From NCBI GenBank assembly GCA_963702425.1, contig CAVPCQ010000018.1, positions 128,001 through 192,000 of the forward strand: 64,000 nt of DNA, given 5' to 3'. Both the position numbers and the translations under genes were made by a program. This document shows, piece after piece, positions 32,960-42,700 of this stretch. Numbering within the stretch: the first letter of the stretch is position 1; every line of letters begins with the position of its first letter. Under the pieces are notes generated by a model. It made no database searches. It worked only from the letters and a program-made list of their open reading frames with translations, and was not told the DNA's origin. This DNA comes from an uncultured Acidobacteriota bacterium (lineage in GTDB: Bacteria; Acidobacteriota; Polarisedimenticolia; J045).

Positions 32960-35035
32960 GTGATGATCGTGAAGAAGACACTGAATGGAATCAGACTCGC
33001 CGCGAGCCTCGGACTGCTCGTGGCCGCGGCGGGGGCGGCGATTGCCGCACCGACCGTCTCGCGCCTCACGCCGCCGAGCAACCTGTTCAAGGAGAACGAC
33101 CCCAACCCGCCGTACGTCTCGCGCTTCCTGGTCGGGCAGCGCTTCGACCTGCAGGCGACCGTCTCCCCCGATCCCGGTCAGGCGATCCTCTCGATCAGCT
33201 TCCGGATCGACGGCGCCCCGGTGCCGGGCAGCGTGACCCTCATCCCGGCCACGGTGAGCGGGCTGCCTGCCGGAACGACGATCGGCACGCTGCGCGCCGC
33301 GTCCAACGACACGCCGGGTGCCCACCTCCTGGAGGTGGAAGCGGTGCAGGGCGACGGCCAGGTGGTCGTCGGCCAGGGCAACTTCGAGATCGTCGGGCCG
33401 ACGGTGCCCGGCGGCGGCTTCCAGCCGATCGGCTCGATCGGGCCGAACGACATCGTCGGCCAGGGTGGCGCCAGGAACGTGATCCTCTTCATCGGCGACG
33501 GGATGGGGATCGCGCACCGGACCGCGGCCCGGCTGATGAAGTACGGCGCGGCCCAGGGCAAGTCGCGCGGCCTGCTGGCGATGGATCAGCTGCCGTACAC
33601 CGGGCTGGTGATCACGCACTCGCTGAACTCGATCGTGACCGACTCGTCGCCCGGCGCGGCGTGCTACGCGACCGGCAACAAGTCGAACAACAACCAGCAG
33701 GGCGTCTTCCCGGACGACACGACCGCCAACTTCGACAACCCGCGCGTCGAGCTGATCTCCGAGTACCTGTGGCGCACGCGCGGCAAGGTGAGCGGGATCG
33801 TCACCACCGCGGACGTCTTCGACGCCACCCCGGGCGCCTACGGGACCCACACCCAGTCGCGCGCCGCCGGCACGGGGATCGTCGACCAGTACTTCGACGA
33901 GCGGGACGCGAACGGCATCCGGGTCCTGATGGGCGGCGGACGCAAGTGGTACCTGCCGACCGGCACCCCGGGCTCGCAGCGCAGCAACGGCAACGACTAC
34001 GTCCTCCCGGCCGACCTGACCGCGGGCTGGGGCGTCCCCGCCGGCGCGCTCGACGCGGGCCGGGACCTGATCGCGGACCACGTAAACGCCGGCTGGACCT
34101 ACACGGCCGACGCCTCGGACCTGGCGGCGGTGGCGGACGGCACCGAGCGCCTGCTCGGCCTGTTCTCGCTCTCGAACATGAACATCGCGCTCGACAAGAT
34201 CAACGGTCGCCGCGGCAACGCCGCCGTGGTCAACGACTACGGCTTCCCCAACCAGCCGATGCTCGACGAGATGACCGACAAGGCGCTCGACGTGCTGTCC
34301 AACAACCAGAACGGCTTCTTCCTGATGGTCGAAGCGGCGTCGATCGACAAGCAGGCCCACAACATGGATACCGAGCGCTGGGTCCTCGACACGCTCGAGT
34401 TCGACCGCTCGATCGAGGTCGCCCGCCAGTTCCAGGCGACGCACCCCGACACTCTGATCGTCGTCACCGCGGACCACGAGTGCGCGGGCGTCAACATCAT
34501 CGGCGGGTCCCGCGTCACCAACGCCGACCTCGTCTCGCGGGCCGCGAGCGGACTCGGCGCCGACCAGCTCCGCAACGGCGTCGTCGGCACCTACGACCTG
34601 GCCGGCTTCCCGCGCTACACGATCTCCGAGGACGGCTACCCGGAGTCGACGGACGTCGACAACCGCATGCTGATCGGCTACGCGGCGAACGCGGACCGCT
34701 ACGAGGACTGGCTCACCAACCCGCAGCCGTTGCGCGACTCCCAGCAGCCGTTCAACAACCAGGCGCCGCTCAACACCTACCCCAACGGCCCGCTGAACCG
34801 CGACACGGCGGGCAAGTTCCTCGTCACCGGCCAGCTGCCCGACTCGGTCGCCGCGCACACCGCGTCGGACATCCCGGTGTCGGCGAGCGGTCCAGGTGCG
34901 GAGCGTTTCACGGGCGTGATGGACAACACCGACATCTTCTTCAAGATGATGGAGTCGGTGCTGAAGTCGCCCGGCCGGCCGGCGCCGCGTCCGAAGGTGA
35001 TCCGCGAGCTGGGTCCCAGGGTGAAGGAACTCTGA
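32960..35035 (+). CDS. phoA: Alkaline phosphatase (PhoA family) with N-terminal beta-sandwich extension
   Basis: NVILFIGDGMG, TDSSPGA (catalytic Ser), DATPGA, VEAASIDKQAH, VTADHE, HTASD and DNTDIF. Confidence 0.92.
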   Translation: MMIVKKTLNGIRLAASLGLLVAAAGAAIAAPTVSRLTPPSNLFKENDPNPPYVSRFLVGQRFDLQATVSPDPGQAILSISFRIDGAPVPGSVTLIPATVSGLPAGTTIGTLRAASNDTPGAHLLEVEAVQGDGQVVVGQGNFEIVGPTVPGGGFQPIGSIGPNDIVGQGGARNVILFIGDGMGIAHRTAARLMKYGAAQGKSRGLLAMDQLPYTGLVITHSLNSIVTDSSPGAACYATGNKSNNNQQGVFPDDTTANFDNPRVELISEYLWRTRGKVSGIVTTADVFDATPGAYGTHTQSRAAGTGIVDQYFDERDANGIRVLMGGGRKWYLPTGTPGSQRSNGNDYVLPADLTAGWGVPAGALDAGRDLIADHVNAGWTYTADASDLAAVADGTERLLGLFSLSNMNIALDKINGRRGNAAVVNDYGFPNQPMLDEMTDKALDVLSNNQNGFFLMVEAASIDKQAHNMDTERWVLDTLEFDRSIEVARQFQATHPDTLIVVTADHECAGVNIIGGSRVTNADLVSRAASGLGADQLRNGVVGTYDLAGFPRYTISEDGYPESTDVDNRMLIGYAANADRYEDWLTNPQPLRDSQQPFNNQAPLNTYPNGPLNRDTAGKFLVTGQLPDSVAAHTASDIPVSASGPGAERFTGVMDNTDIFFKMMESVLKSPGRPAPRPKVIRELGPRVKEL

Positions 35036-35037
35036 CC

Positions 35038-37098
35038 TCAGCAGCGGACTGATCGTTTCAGGGGCGGGGCGACCTTCGGGCCGCCCCGTCCCTTGCTATC
35101 TGGGTGCGCCGAGCCGGCCAGCGCGAACTCGCAGGAGAAGGCGAGGAAGGGGTCCGCGGCTCCCTGCAGCGTCCGGACGAGGGGAGCGTACTCGCCGGGG
35201 TCGAGGTGGGCCGCGGCGTAGACCGTGCAGGCCTGCAGCCACGGATCGGGGACCTCGAGCAGCATCGCGACCGGCTCGCCGATCGACAGGTCGCCGTAGC
35301 GGCGCTCCGCGGCCCGCCGGCCGACCTCGAGGTGCATCCCCTCGACGAGCGGGACCACGATCGGGCGCAGCGATGCCGGGCAAATCCCCTCGAGGATCTC
35401 GACCGCGGCCGCCCGGACGCGCGGCGGCGCGTCGAAGACGTTGAGGCTGATCCGGCCGTAGTCCTCGTGGTGCGTGCCGGCGTGCAGGGCGGCGAGGATC
35501 ACCGCGACGTTGTCGACCAGGCGGTGCCGGATCGAGCCCGCCCAGAGGTCCGTCACCCCCGGGTCGGTGTGCATCCCCTCGAGCAGCTCCTCCGCGGCGA
35601 GCAGGCGGTACGACTCGCGCGCGCGCGCGTCGACGATCGTGCCGAGCGGGCCGCGCTCGTCCCAGGCGAGCGTCGCCGCCGTCCCGGCGCGGCCGGTAGC
35701 CGCGCTGCGACGGTGCCGCGCGTCCACCCGGATCAGCGTGCGCAGGCGCTCCAGCAGCTGGGGGTCGTCCGGGGCGAGGCTTCGAAGCAGTTCACCCTCG
35801 ATCGTGGCGTCCGGCCCGTCGAGCAGCGCGGCGTAGCGGATCCGGAGCTCGTTGCCGCCGCGGGCGAGCCGTGCGCGCAGGGCCCCGCGGTAGGCCCGCG
35901 CACGCCACAGGGCGACGCCCAGCAGCGCCGCCGCCCCGAGCATGCCGAGCAGCGGAGCCAGCCACGGCGGGGCGCCGGCGAGGGCACGCAGCAGCAGCCC
36001 CGCCAGCAGCATCCCCGAGGGCAACGCGAAGCCGGTCATGAAGACGACCGCCTGCGCGGCGCGCTCGGGCGGGAAGGGGGTGTAGAGCACCGGCTCGAGC
36101 AGCCCCTGGACCCCCTGGCGCACGCTCGTCGTGCCTAGGAAGAGCAGGACCGCGGCGAGCAGGCCGGGGGCTGCGACCGCCGCCGCGAGCGCCACGAACA
36201 TCGCCGCCGGGTAGACCGCACCCGCGCCGCCGAGCCCGTGGCGGGCGATCAGCCACGGCGTCGCGACCAGCTGCGCGGCCAGCGTGGCGAGGCTGCCCAG
36301 GCCGATGAGCAGGCCGTTCGTGGACGCGATCCGGCCGAGGTCGCTGCCGTAGAGTTCGTTGAGCATCCGCCCGTACTCGTAGCGCCCGACCAGCGCCAGC
36401 AGCATCACGCCGGCGAGGCCGGTCCCGATCGCGATCCAGAGCGTGCGGTCGGGGCCCGCGAGCGGGGGCAGGGTGCCCGAACGCCAGCCCCGCGCCGTCC
36501 CGGCAGCGGGCGGCAGGAGCTTCGCCGCCCGCCAGGCCCAGAACGCGACGAGGACCAGGCTCGCGGCCCAGACGTCGAGCAGCTGCTCGCCCGACACGAC
36601 GGACACCGCGCCCTTCGCGAAGAACCCCGAAAGCGCCGCCCCCAGCGTCCCGATCGCCGCCAGCAGCGGCACGTGCCGCCGGGCCTCGCGCGTGTCGTAG
36701 AGCTGGTGTGCGAGCGACCAGAACAGCGCGACGCCGAGGTCGGTGACGACGAACGCGGTGACGTACAGCGCGGCCGGGGCCCACGGCGCATCGTACGTCG
36801 AGGCCCAGTGCACGAGCCCCACCGCCAGCGCCGCCAGCGCGAAGAATGCCGGCAGGACGGCCTGCAGCGCGAAGCGCCGCACCAGCCGCAGCGTCGGGTA
36901 GGCGATGACGGCCATGCCGGCGGCGTTGAGGACGAACATCAGCGGCAACCCGGCGGCGCCCTGCCGCTGCAGCACGACCGAGAGCGCCAGGTTCTGGCCC
37001 AGCCACGCGCCGAACTGCAGCAGGAAGACCCCGGCGGCGAGCAGCGCGAGCGTCCGGCGCGCGCGGCGATCCGGCGGAAGGGAGACCAGGGACCGCAT
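35038..37098 (-). CDS. MFS-fold (Npt/TLC ADP/ATP-carrier-like) membrane protein with C-terminal HEAT-like repeats
   Basis: About 12 TM helices with FWSLAHQLYDTREARRHVP and LYTPFP; C-terminal VRAAAVEILE and DPWLQACTVY. Confidence 0.7.
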   Translation of the reverse strand: MRSLVSLPPDRRARRTLALLAAGVFLLQFGAWLGQNLALSVVLQRQGAAGLPLMFVLNAAGMAVIAYPTLRLVRRFALQAVLPAFFALAALAVGLVHWASTYDAPWAPAALYVTAFVVTDLGVALFWSLAHQLYDTREARRHVPLLAAIGTLGAALSGFFAKGAVSVVSGEQLLDVWAASLVLVAFWAWRAAKLLPPAAGTARGWRSGTLPPLAGPDRTLWIAIGTGLAGVMLLALVGRYEYGRMLNELYGSDLGRIASTNGLLIGLGSLATLAAQLVATPWLIARHGLGGAGAVYPAAMFVALAAAVAAPGLLAAVLLFLGTTSVRQGVQGLLEPVLYTPFPPERAAQAVVFMTGFALPSGMLLAGLLLRALAGAPPWLAPLLGMLGAAALLGVALWRARAYRGALRARLARGGNELRIRYAALLDGPDATIEGELLRSLAPDDPQLLERLRTLIRVDARHRRSAATGRAGTAATLAWDERGPLGTIVDARARESYRLLAAEELLEGMHTDPGVTDLWAGSIRHRLVDNVAVILAALHAGTHHEDYGRISLNVFDAPPRVRAAAVEILEGICPASLRPIVVPLVEGMHLEVGRRAAERRYGDLSIGEPVAMLLEVPDPWLQACTVYAAAHLDPGEYAPLVRTLQGAADPFLAFSCEFALAGSAHPDSKGRGGPKVAPPLKRSVRC
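35061..35092 (+). terminator. Hairpin terminator after phoA
   Basis: GGGGCGGGGCGACC-TTCG-GGCCGCCCCGTCCC. Confidence 0.55.
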
Positions 37099-37562
37099 CA
37101 GGCGGGCCGTGCCGTCGCCGCGCGCAGCCGCCCCGCGAGGACCCGGAACAGGCCGAACGCGAGATCGGGACAGAGCGAGATCGCGTCGCGCAGGTCTTCC
37201 TTGTGGATCGTCAGCGCTTCGACCCGCCCGCCGGCGAGTACGGTCGCCGAGCGCGGCTCGTCGTCGAGCACCGACATCTCCCCCACCGACTGCCCCGGTC
37301 CCAGGGTTACGACCAGGCGGCCGAGGGCCTCCCCCGCCGCGCCCCGGGGGGGAGCCGAGCCGAGGACGCGCACCTCGACCCGCCCCGCGAGCAACAGGAA
37401 CATGTCGGTCCCGATCTCGCCCTCGACGCAAAGCCGTTCGCCCGCGTCGAAGGACCGCTCCTCCGCCACCTCGGCGATCGCGCGCAGCGCGGTGTCCGGC
37501 AGCCCGCCGCAGAGCGCGGTCGAGCGCAGGAAGATCACCCGTTCCATCAGGTTGAGGGCCAC
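37098..37562 (-). CDS. Cyclic-nucleotide-binding domain protein
   Basis: ERVIFLRS, EGEIG and GEMSVLDDEPRSATV. Its TGA overlaps the ATG of the transporter gene. Confidence 0.88.
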   Translation of the reverse strand: MALNLMERVIFLRSTALCGGLPDTALRAIAEVAEERSFDAGERLCVEGEIGTDMFLLLAGRVEVRVLGSAPPRGAAGEALGRLVVTLGPGQSVGEMSVLDDEPRSATVLAGGRVEALTIHKEDLRDAISLCPDLAFGLFRVLAGRLRAATARPA

Positions 37563-37688
37563 CCCCGGCTCCGGACCCGCGACGCTCGCCTCGCGCGGAC
37601 GGGGGATTCTACACGCGACGACGCTTCAACTCGCCGAGCGTCGTGTCACACGAACGTCACACGCGGCGCTCCGCTCCGAGTGCACCGG

Positions 37689-38513
37689 TCAAAGCGCGGT
37701 ACGCGACATCACCAGGCCGTCCACGCCGACGATCACCTTCTCCACCGGCACGTCGCTGCCCGCCGCGTCGCGCCCGCGGCGTACCGCTTCCGGCAGCGAC
37801 TGGCAGCACGGCACCTCCATCACGACGACGCTGACGCTGGCCACGCCGCTCTGCGCGAAGAGCGCCGCGAAGCGCTGCGTGTACGCGCCGAGGTCGTCGA
37901 ACTTGGGGCAGCCGATCATCACCGCGCGGCCGTCGAGGAAGTCGCGGTGGAAGTTCGGCACCGCGACCGGCACGCAGTCGGCGGCGACGAGCAGGTCGGC
38001 GCCGCGCAGGAACGGGGCGTGCGGCGGCACCAGCGCGATCTGCACCGGCCAGTGCGAGAGCGCCGAGTCGCCGGCAGCGGCCTTCTCGGCCATCGGCGAC
38101 GGGCCGGCGGGCCGCGGCGGCGCGCTGGGGAGGGTCTTCAGCTCGCGCATCCGGCTCCCGGGGCAGCCGCCTCCGGCTGCGACCGCGGGTCCGGCGTGCA
38201 TCGCGTGCACCGTTTCGAGCGGGCTTCCGGATCCAAGCGGGGCCGGGCGCGGCAGGCCGTGCGCGCCGCGGCGAGGCGACCGCCCCTCCAGGTGTAGGGG
38301 CACTTCGAACTCGTCGGCCTCGCGCTCGATGATCCGGATCGCGTCCTTGGGGCAGTGGCCCAGGCACGCGCCGAGGCCGTCGCAGAGCGCGTCGGCGGCC
38401 AGCTTCGCCTTGCCGTTGACGATCTTGATCGCCCCCTCCTGGCAGGAAGGGACGCAGTCGCCGCAGCCGTCACACAGCTCTTCGAGAATCTCCACGATCT
38501 GGCGAACCGCCAC
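37689..38513 (-). CDS. 4Fe-4S dicluster ferredoxin-domain protein (ADC/GCPKFD family)
   Basis: CDGCGDCVPSC, CDGLGACLGHCP, GCPGS, WPVQI, ADCV, GCPKFDD and MEVPCC. Confidence 0.88.
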   Translation of the reverse strand: MAVRQIVEILEELCDGCGDCVPSCQEGAIKIVNGKAKLAADALCDGLGACLGHCPKDAIRIIEREADEFEVPLHLEGRSPRRGAHGLPRPAPLGSGSPLETVHAMHAGPAVAAGGGCPGSRMRELKTLPSAPPRPAGPSPMAEKAAAGDSALSHWPVQIALVPPHAPFLRGADLLVAADCVPVAVPNFHRDFLDGRAVMIGCPKFDDLGAYTQRFAALFAQSGVASVSVVVMEVPCCQSLPEAVRRGRDAAGSDVPVEKVIVGVDGLVMSRTAL

Positions 38514-38564
38514 GGGACCTCCTTCGCGCTGGGGGGACTGTGGACCAGGCCGGGGCCGGGCGCC

Positions 38565-38578
38565 TTGATGCAGGTCAA
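38565..38578. promoter_or_regulatory. FNR/Dnr/HcpR-type CRP-family binding site
   Basis: TTGAT-GCAG-GTCAA, one mismatch from TTGAT-N4-ATCAA, at class II spacing to a CACAGT -10 on the - strand. Confidence 0.6.
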
Positions 38579-38626
38579 CCGCGGCCCGCGGACTCGGCTA
38601 TCCTGTCCGCGTCCCGGGGGGTGACG

Positions 38627-40168
38627 ATGGGCTCCGATCGCGGCTGGCTCCGTCCGCTTCTGATCGCGGCGCTGGCGCTGGGCCTTGCGGCCTGCTCCCG
38701 CTGGCAGCAGGGCCTCGAACACCGTCCTCGCCTACCAGGCCCGGAAGGCCGTGGACGCGGGCGATCTCGCCCGCGCCGACGAGCTCTTCGTCCTGCTGCG
38801 CACGCGTCTGCCGCGCGATCCCTCCTACGCGGTGGCGCACGCCCAGGTGCTGGTGAAGCTCAACGACCCCGACGGCGCGCTCACGCGCTCGAGCAGGCGG
38901 CCGCGCTCGGCGAGCGCAGCGTCCGGAAGCTCGAGCAGGACGCGAGCTTCGCCGCGCTCGCGTCCGAGCCGCGCTTCGTGGCCGTCCTCGACACGGTGCG
39001 CGCCAACGCCGCCGACTTCGAGGCGAAGTATGCGGCCGCGCTGGAGCCGAGAGATCCCGGTACCGCGCCTTCTTTCCCCGATCTCGCCGCCCTGGTGGCC
39101 GCGCGCAAGCGGGCCGAAGTGGAGCTCGACACCGGCGATCGGCCCGAACCCAATGCGATCCGCCAGGCTCGCTTCCGCGAGGAATGGGTCGCCGCGCTCG
39201 CACGCCTGGCCGCGGAGAGGCGCGGTACGCCGGACGCCGAGGGGGCGCTGATCGAGATCGTCCGGATGCGGCTCGACGACTTCCCGATGATCGACCTGCA
39301 CTGGACGGCGAGTATGCGGGCGCATGTCAGCGAGGCCGCCGCGGCCTACCTCGCCGACTTCCCGCAGGGCGAGCACGCGCGCGAGGCGCGGCTCGCCCGT
39401 GCGGTCGCCGTCCTCGCCGCCATCCGCCCGCCGGACTTCGACTGGGGGAACGACGACCCGCCGCGCCCGGACTGCGCCGCCGCGTTGCCCCTTTTCGAGG
39501 AATTGGACGACGACGGCACCGCCGACAAGTGGTCCGCGGCGGCGCTCGGCCTCAAGACCCTGTGCCTCTACGAGACGCGGCCCGAGGAGACGGCCGCAAT
39601 CCGGGCCGGCGCCGCGGCCTACCTCGCGACGCCGGAGGTCTACGAGGGCAGCACCCCGTACGACTGGATGCTGCGCCGCCAACTCACGATGCTCGGCTGG
39701 CGCATCGACGGCCCGCCGCCGTTCGAGGCCGAGGGGCTCGACGGCCACACGGTCTCGCTCGCCGACTTCCGCGGGAAGGTCACGCTGCTCGACTTCTGGA
39801 GCCCCGGGTGAGCCGGCTGCGTCCAGGCGTTCCCGCGCCTCCGGAAGACCTACGACAAGCACAGGGACCGGGGGTTCGAGATCCTGGGCATCGCCTTCGT
39901 GGAAGGCGGCGAGAAGGGCCGGAAGTGGCTGCGCGGATACCTGGAGCGGAAGGAGGCGACGTGGCCGCAGGTGCTCGGGAGCCGGCCGCGGTGGTACGCG
40001 CCGCCCTTCGAGGCCTACAACGTGCGCTTCCTCCCGCTCTACCTGCTACTCGATCGCGACGGGAAGATCGTTGCAGTGAACCCCCGTGGAGGAGCGCTCG
40101 ATCGCGCCGTGGAGCGCGAGCTCTCGCGATTGACGCCCGTTTCCGCGGCCGCGAGCACATACCAGTAA
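38627..40168 (+). CDS. TPR-like plus TlpA/redoxin lipoprotein, candidate selenoprotein (in-frame TGA 39809-39811; compensating indels ~38700 and ~38895)
   Basis: Lipobox LAAC. The redoxin domain reads SLADFRGKVTLLDFWSPG-TGA-AGCVQAFPRLRKTYDKHRDRGFEILGI...YNVRFLPLYLLLDRDGKI, in frame across the TGA. Confidence 0.8.
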
Positions 40169-40269
40169 GGTCCTGCAGATAAAGTCCGTTGACGCTGCGG
40201 GTTAGTCCGGCATCTAAATCCGCCCACGTTTGGTCGACCGCCATCCCGGCGGACGACCACGGTGGGCCG

Positions 40270-42072
40270 ATGGAACCAGCCGAGTTCCTGCGCAGCCACC
40301 CCCCGTTCGATCGACTGCGTCCGGAGGACTTCCGGATCGCCGAGGAATCGCTCGAAGTCGCGTACTACCCGGGCGGCACCCCGCTGCTCGTGCGCGGCGG
40401 CGCGCGCAGCGAGCACCTCTACATGATCCGCAAGGGGGCGGTCCGGTTCGAGCGCGACGGCGCGCTGGTGCAGGAGCTCGAGGAGGGGGACCTCTTCGGC
40501 TTCCCCTCGCTGATCGCCAAGGCCGCCCCGCACGTCGACGTGGTCGCCGGCGAGGACCTGCTGGTCTACCGCATCCCTGAAGCCGCCTTCCAGCGGCTGA
40601 TGAAGCGCGAGGAGTTCTCGTCGTTCTTCCTGCAGGATCTCGCGCAGCGGCTGCGGACGGCAGCGGCGGTCGCGACGCTCCCCGCGGGGCGCGATCTCGC
40701 CGCGCCGGCCGAGGCGCTGATCACGCGCCTGCCGGTCTTCGTGCGGCCCTACGACACGGTCGAGCAGGCGGCCCGCACGATGCGCGACCTGCGCGTCAGC
40801 TCCGTGCTGGTCGAGACCGACCCGCCCGGGATCCTCACCGACCGCGACCTGCGCAGCCGCGTGCTCGCGGAAGGACGCGGCCCCGACACCCCGGTCGCGG
40901 TGGTCATGACCAAGCCGATGAAGTCTCTCCCCGCGAGCTCGACCCAGCTCGAGGTGCTGGTCTTCATGCTCGAGCACCGGGTGCACCACGTGCCGCTGCT
41001 CGACGGCGGGAAGATCGTCGGGATGGTCACCGACACCGATCTCCTGCGCCGGCAGGCCAACAGCCCGACCTCGCTCCTGTCCGGGATCGAGAAGCTGGCC
41101 CAGGCCGAGTCGCTGGCGAACTACGCGACGGAGCTGTCGGGGGTGATCGAGAACCTGGCGTGGGGCGGCCTCGAGGCGGCGGAGATCGGGCGGATCGTCT
41201 CGCGCCTCAACGACGCGCTGATCGCGCGCCTGCTGCGGATCGCCGAGGCCCAGCTCGGCCGGCCGCCCTGCCCGTACGCCTTCATCGTCTTCGGGTCGGA
41301 AGGCCGGATGGAGCAGGCCCTCCTGACCGACCAGGACAACGCGCTCGTCTACCGCGACGACACGCCGGAGGCGAAGGCCTACTTCGGGAAGCTGGCGCAG
41401 AGCGTGGTGGACGGGCTGATCGCGGCCTCGTTCCCGCCCTGCAAGGGCGGCTTCATGGCCACGAACTGGCACCGGCCGCTCGCCGAATGGGAGCGGCTGT
41501 TCCGCGGCTGGATGCAGACGCCCGAGCCGCGTGCGCTGATCGAGGCGGCGAACTTCTTCGACTTCCGCGCCGTCGGCGGCACGCTGTCGGTCGGCCCGCT
41601 CAACGAGATTCTCTACCTGGCGGGGCGGGAGCGGATCTTCCTGGCCCACCTCGCGCGCGCCTCGCTGATGTTCGAGCCGCCGCTCGGCCTGTTCCGCCAG
41701 GTCAAGGAGGAGGAGGACGGGGTCGACCTCAAGCGCGGCGGGATCATCCCGATCGTCTCGCTCGCGCGCCTGCACGCGCTGGAGGCGGGGGTGCAGGCGC
41801 GGCCCACGCTGGAGCGCCTGCCGGCGGCGGCGGCGGCCGGCGGATTGAGCAAGGAGGGGGCGGAGACGCTGGCGGAGGCGTTCCGCTTCCTGCTGCGGAT
41901 CCGGCTCCGGGCCCAGCTCAAGGCGACCCGTGCCGGCCAGCCCCCGGGCAACTGCGTCCAGCTCGAGGACCTCTCGCCGCTCGAGCGGACCCACCTGAAA
42001 GAGACCTTCGTCGCGATCCGCGAGCACCAGCAGGCGACCGCCTTGAACTACGCCGTCTCGAGGATCTCCTGA
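40270..42072 (+). CDS. cNMP-binding / CBS pair / DUF294 nucleotidyltransferase-like protein
   Basis: FLRSHPPFD, GILTDRDLR, FGSEGRMEQALLTDQDNAL, FFDFR and DLKRGG. Confidence 0.92.
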   Translation: MEPAEFLRSHPPFDRLRPEDFRIAEESLEVAYYPGGTPLLVRGGARSEHLYMIRKGAVRFERDGALVQELEEGDLFGFPSLIAKAAPHVDVVAGEDLLVYRIPEAAFQRLMKREEFSSFFLQDLAQRLRTAAAVATLPAGRDLAAPAEALITRLPVFVRPYDTVEQAARTMRDLRVSSVLVETDPPGILTDRDLRSRVLAEGRGPDTPVAVVMTKPMKSLPASSTQLEVLVFMLEHRVHHVPLLDGGKIVGMVTDTDLLRRQANSPTSLLSGIEKLAQAESLANYATELSGVIENLAWGGLEAAEIGRIVSRLNDALIARLLRIAEAQLGRPPCPYAFIVFGSEGRMEQALLTDQDNALVYRDDTPEAKAYFGKLAQSVVDGLIAASFPPCKGGFMATNWHRPLAEWERLFRGWMQTPEPRALIEAANFFDFRAVGGTLSVGPLNEILYLAGRERIFLAHLARASLMFEPPLGLFRQVKEEEDGVDLKRGGIIPIVSLARLHALEAGVQARPTLERLPAAAAAGGLSKEGAETLAEAFRFLLRIRLRAQLKATRAGQPPGNCVQLEDLSPLERTHLKETFVAIREHQQATALNYAVSRIS

Positions 42073-42668
42073 TGTTCTGGCGCTCGCCGGCGTGGGACGA
42101 GGTGACCTACGTCGCGCTCGACCTCGAGACCTCGGGCCTGCGCCCGAAGTTCGACGAGATCATCGCGGTGGCGACCGTCCCGATCCGCGCCGGCGTGATC
42201 CACTACGGCGAGCGCTTCTACAGCCTCGTCCGCCCGCCGGACCTCCCGTCGCTTCCGGCCGACGGAATCGGTGCGCATCACATCCTGCCCTCGGAGCTGG
42301 CCGACGCCCCGGCGCTGGCCGACCTGCTCCCCGAGATCGACCGCCGCCTGCGCGAGGGGGTCCTGCTCCTGCACTTCTCGCACCTCGACCTGGGCTTCCT
42401 CAAGGACGCGTACAAGCGCGCGCGGCGGGACTGGCCGAAACCTCAGGTCGTGGACACCGTCAAGCTGCTGCTGGAGCTCTCGCATCGCAAGCAGCGATTC
42501 TCCCCCCATCCCGTCCCACCGCGGACCGCGCTGCCCGTGGCCCGCCTCGAGCTGGGACTTCCATCGTACCGCCACCACCACGCGCTCTCGGACGCGCTGG
42601 CGACGGCGGAGCTGTTCCTCGCGCTGCGCGCGCGGTTGGGAGCGCGCACGCTCCGCGAGTTGTGTTGA
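42072..42668 (+). CDS. DEDDh 3'-5' exonuclease (DnaQ-like)
   Basis: ALDLETSGL, VVDT and HHALSDALATAELF; TGATG coupling to the upstream gene. Confidence 0.9.
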   Translation: MFWRSPAWDEVTYVALDLETSGLRPKFDEIIAVATVPIRAGVIHYGERFYSLVRPPDLPSLPADGIGAHHILPSELADAPALADLLPEIDRRLREGVLLLHFSHLDLGFLKDAYKRARRDWPKPQVVDTVKLLLELSHRKQRFSPHPVPPRTALPVARLELGLPSYRHHHALSDALATAELFLALRARLGARTLRELC

Positions 42669-42700
42669 GGCAAGCGAACCGGAGGGAAAAGGAGGAGCCC

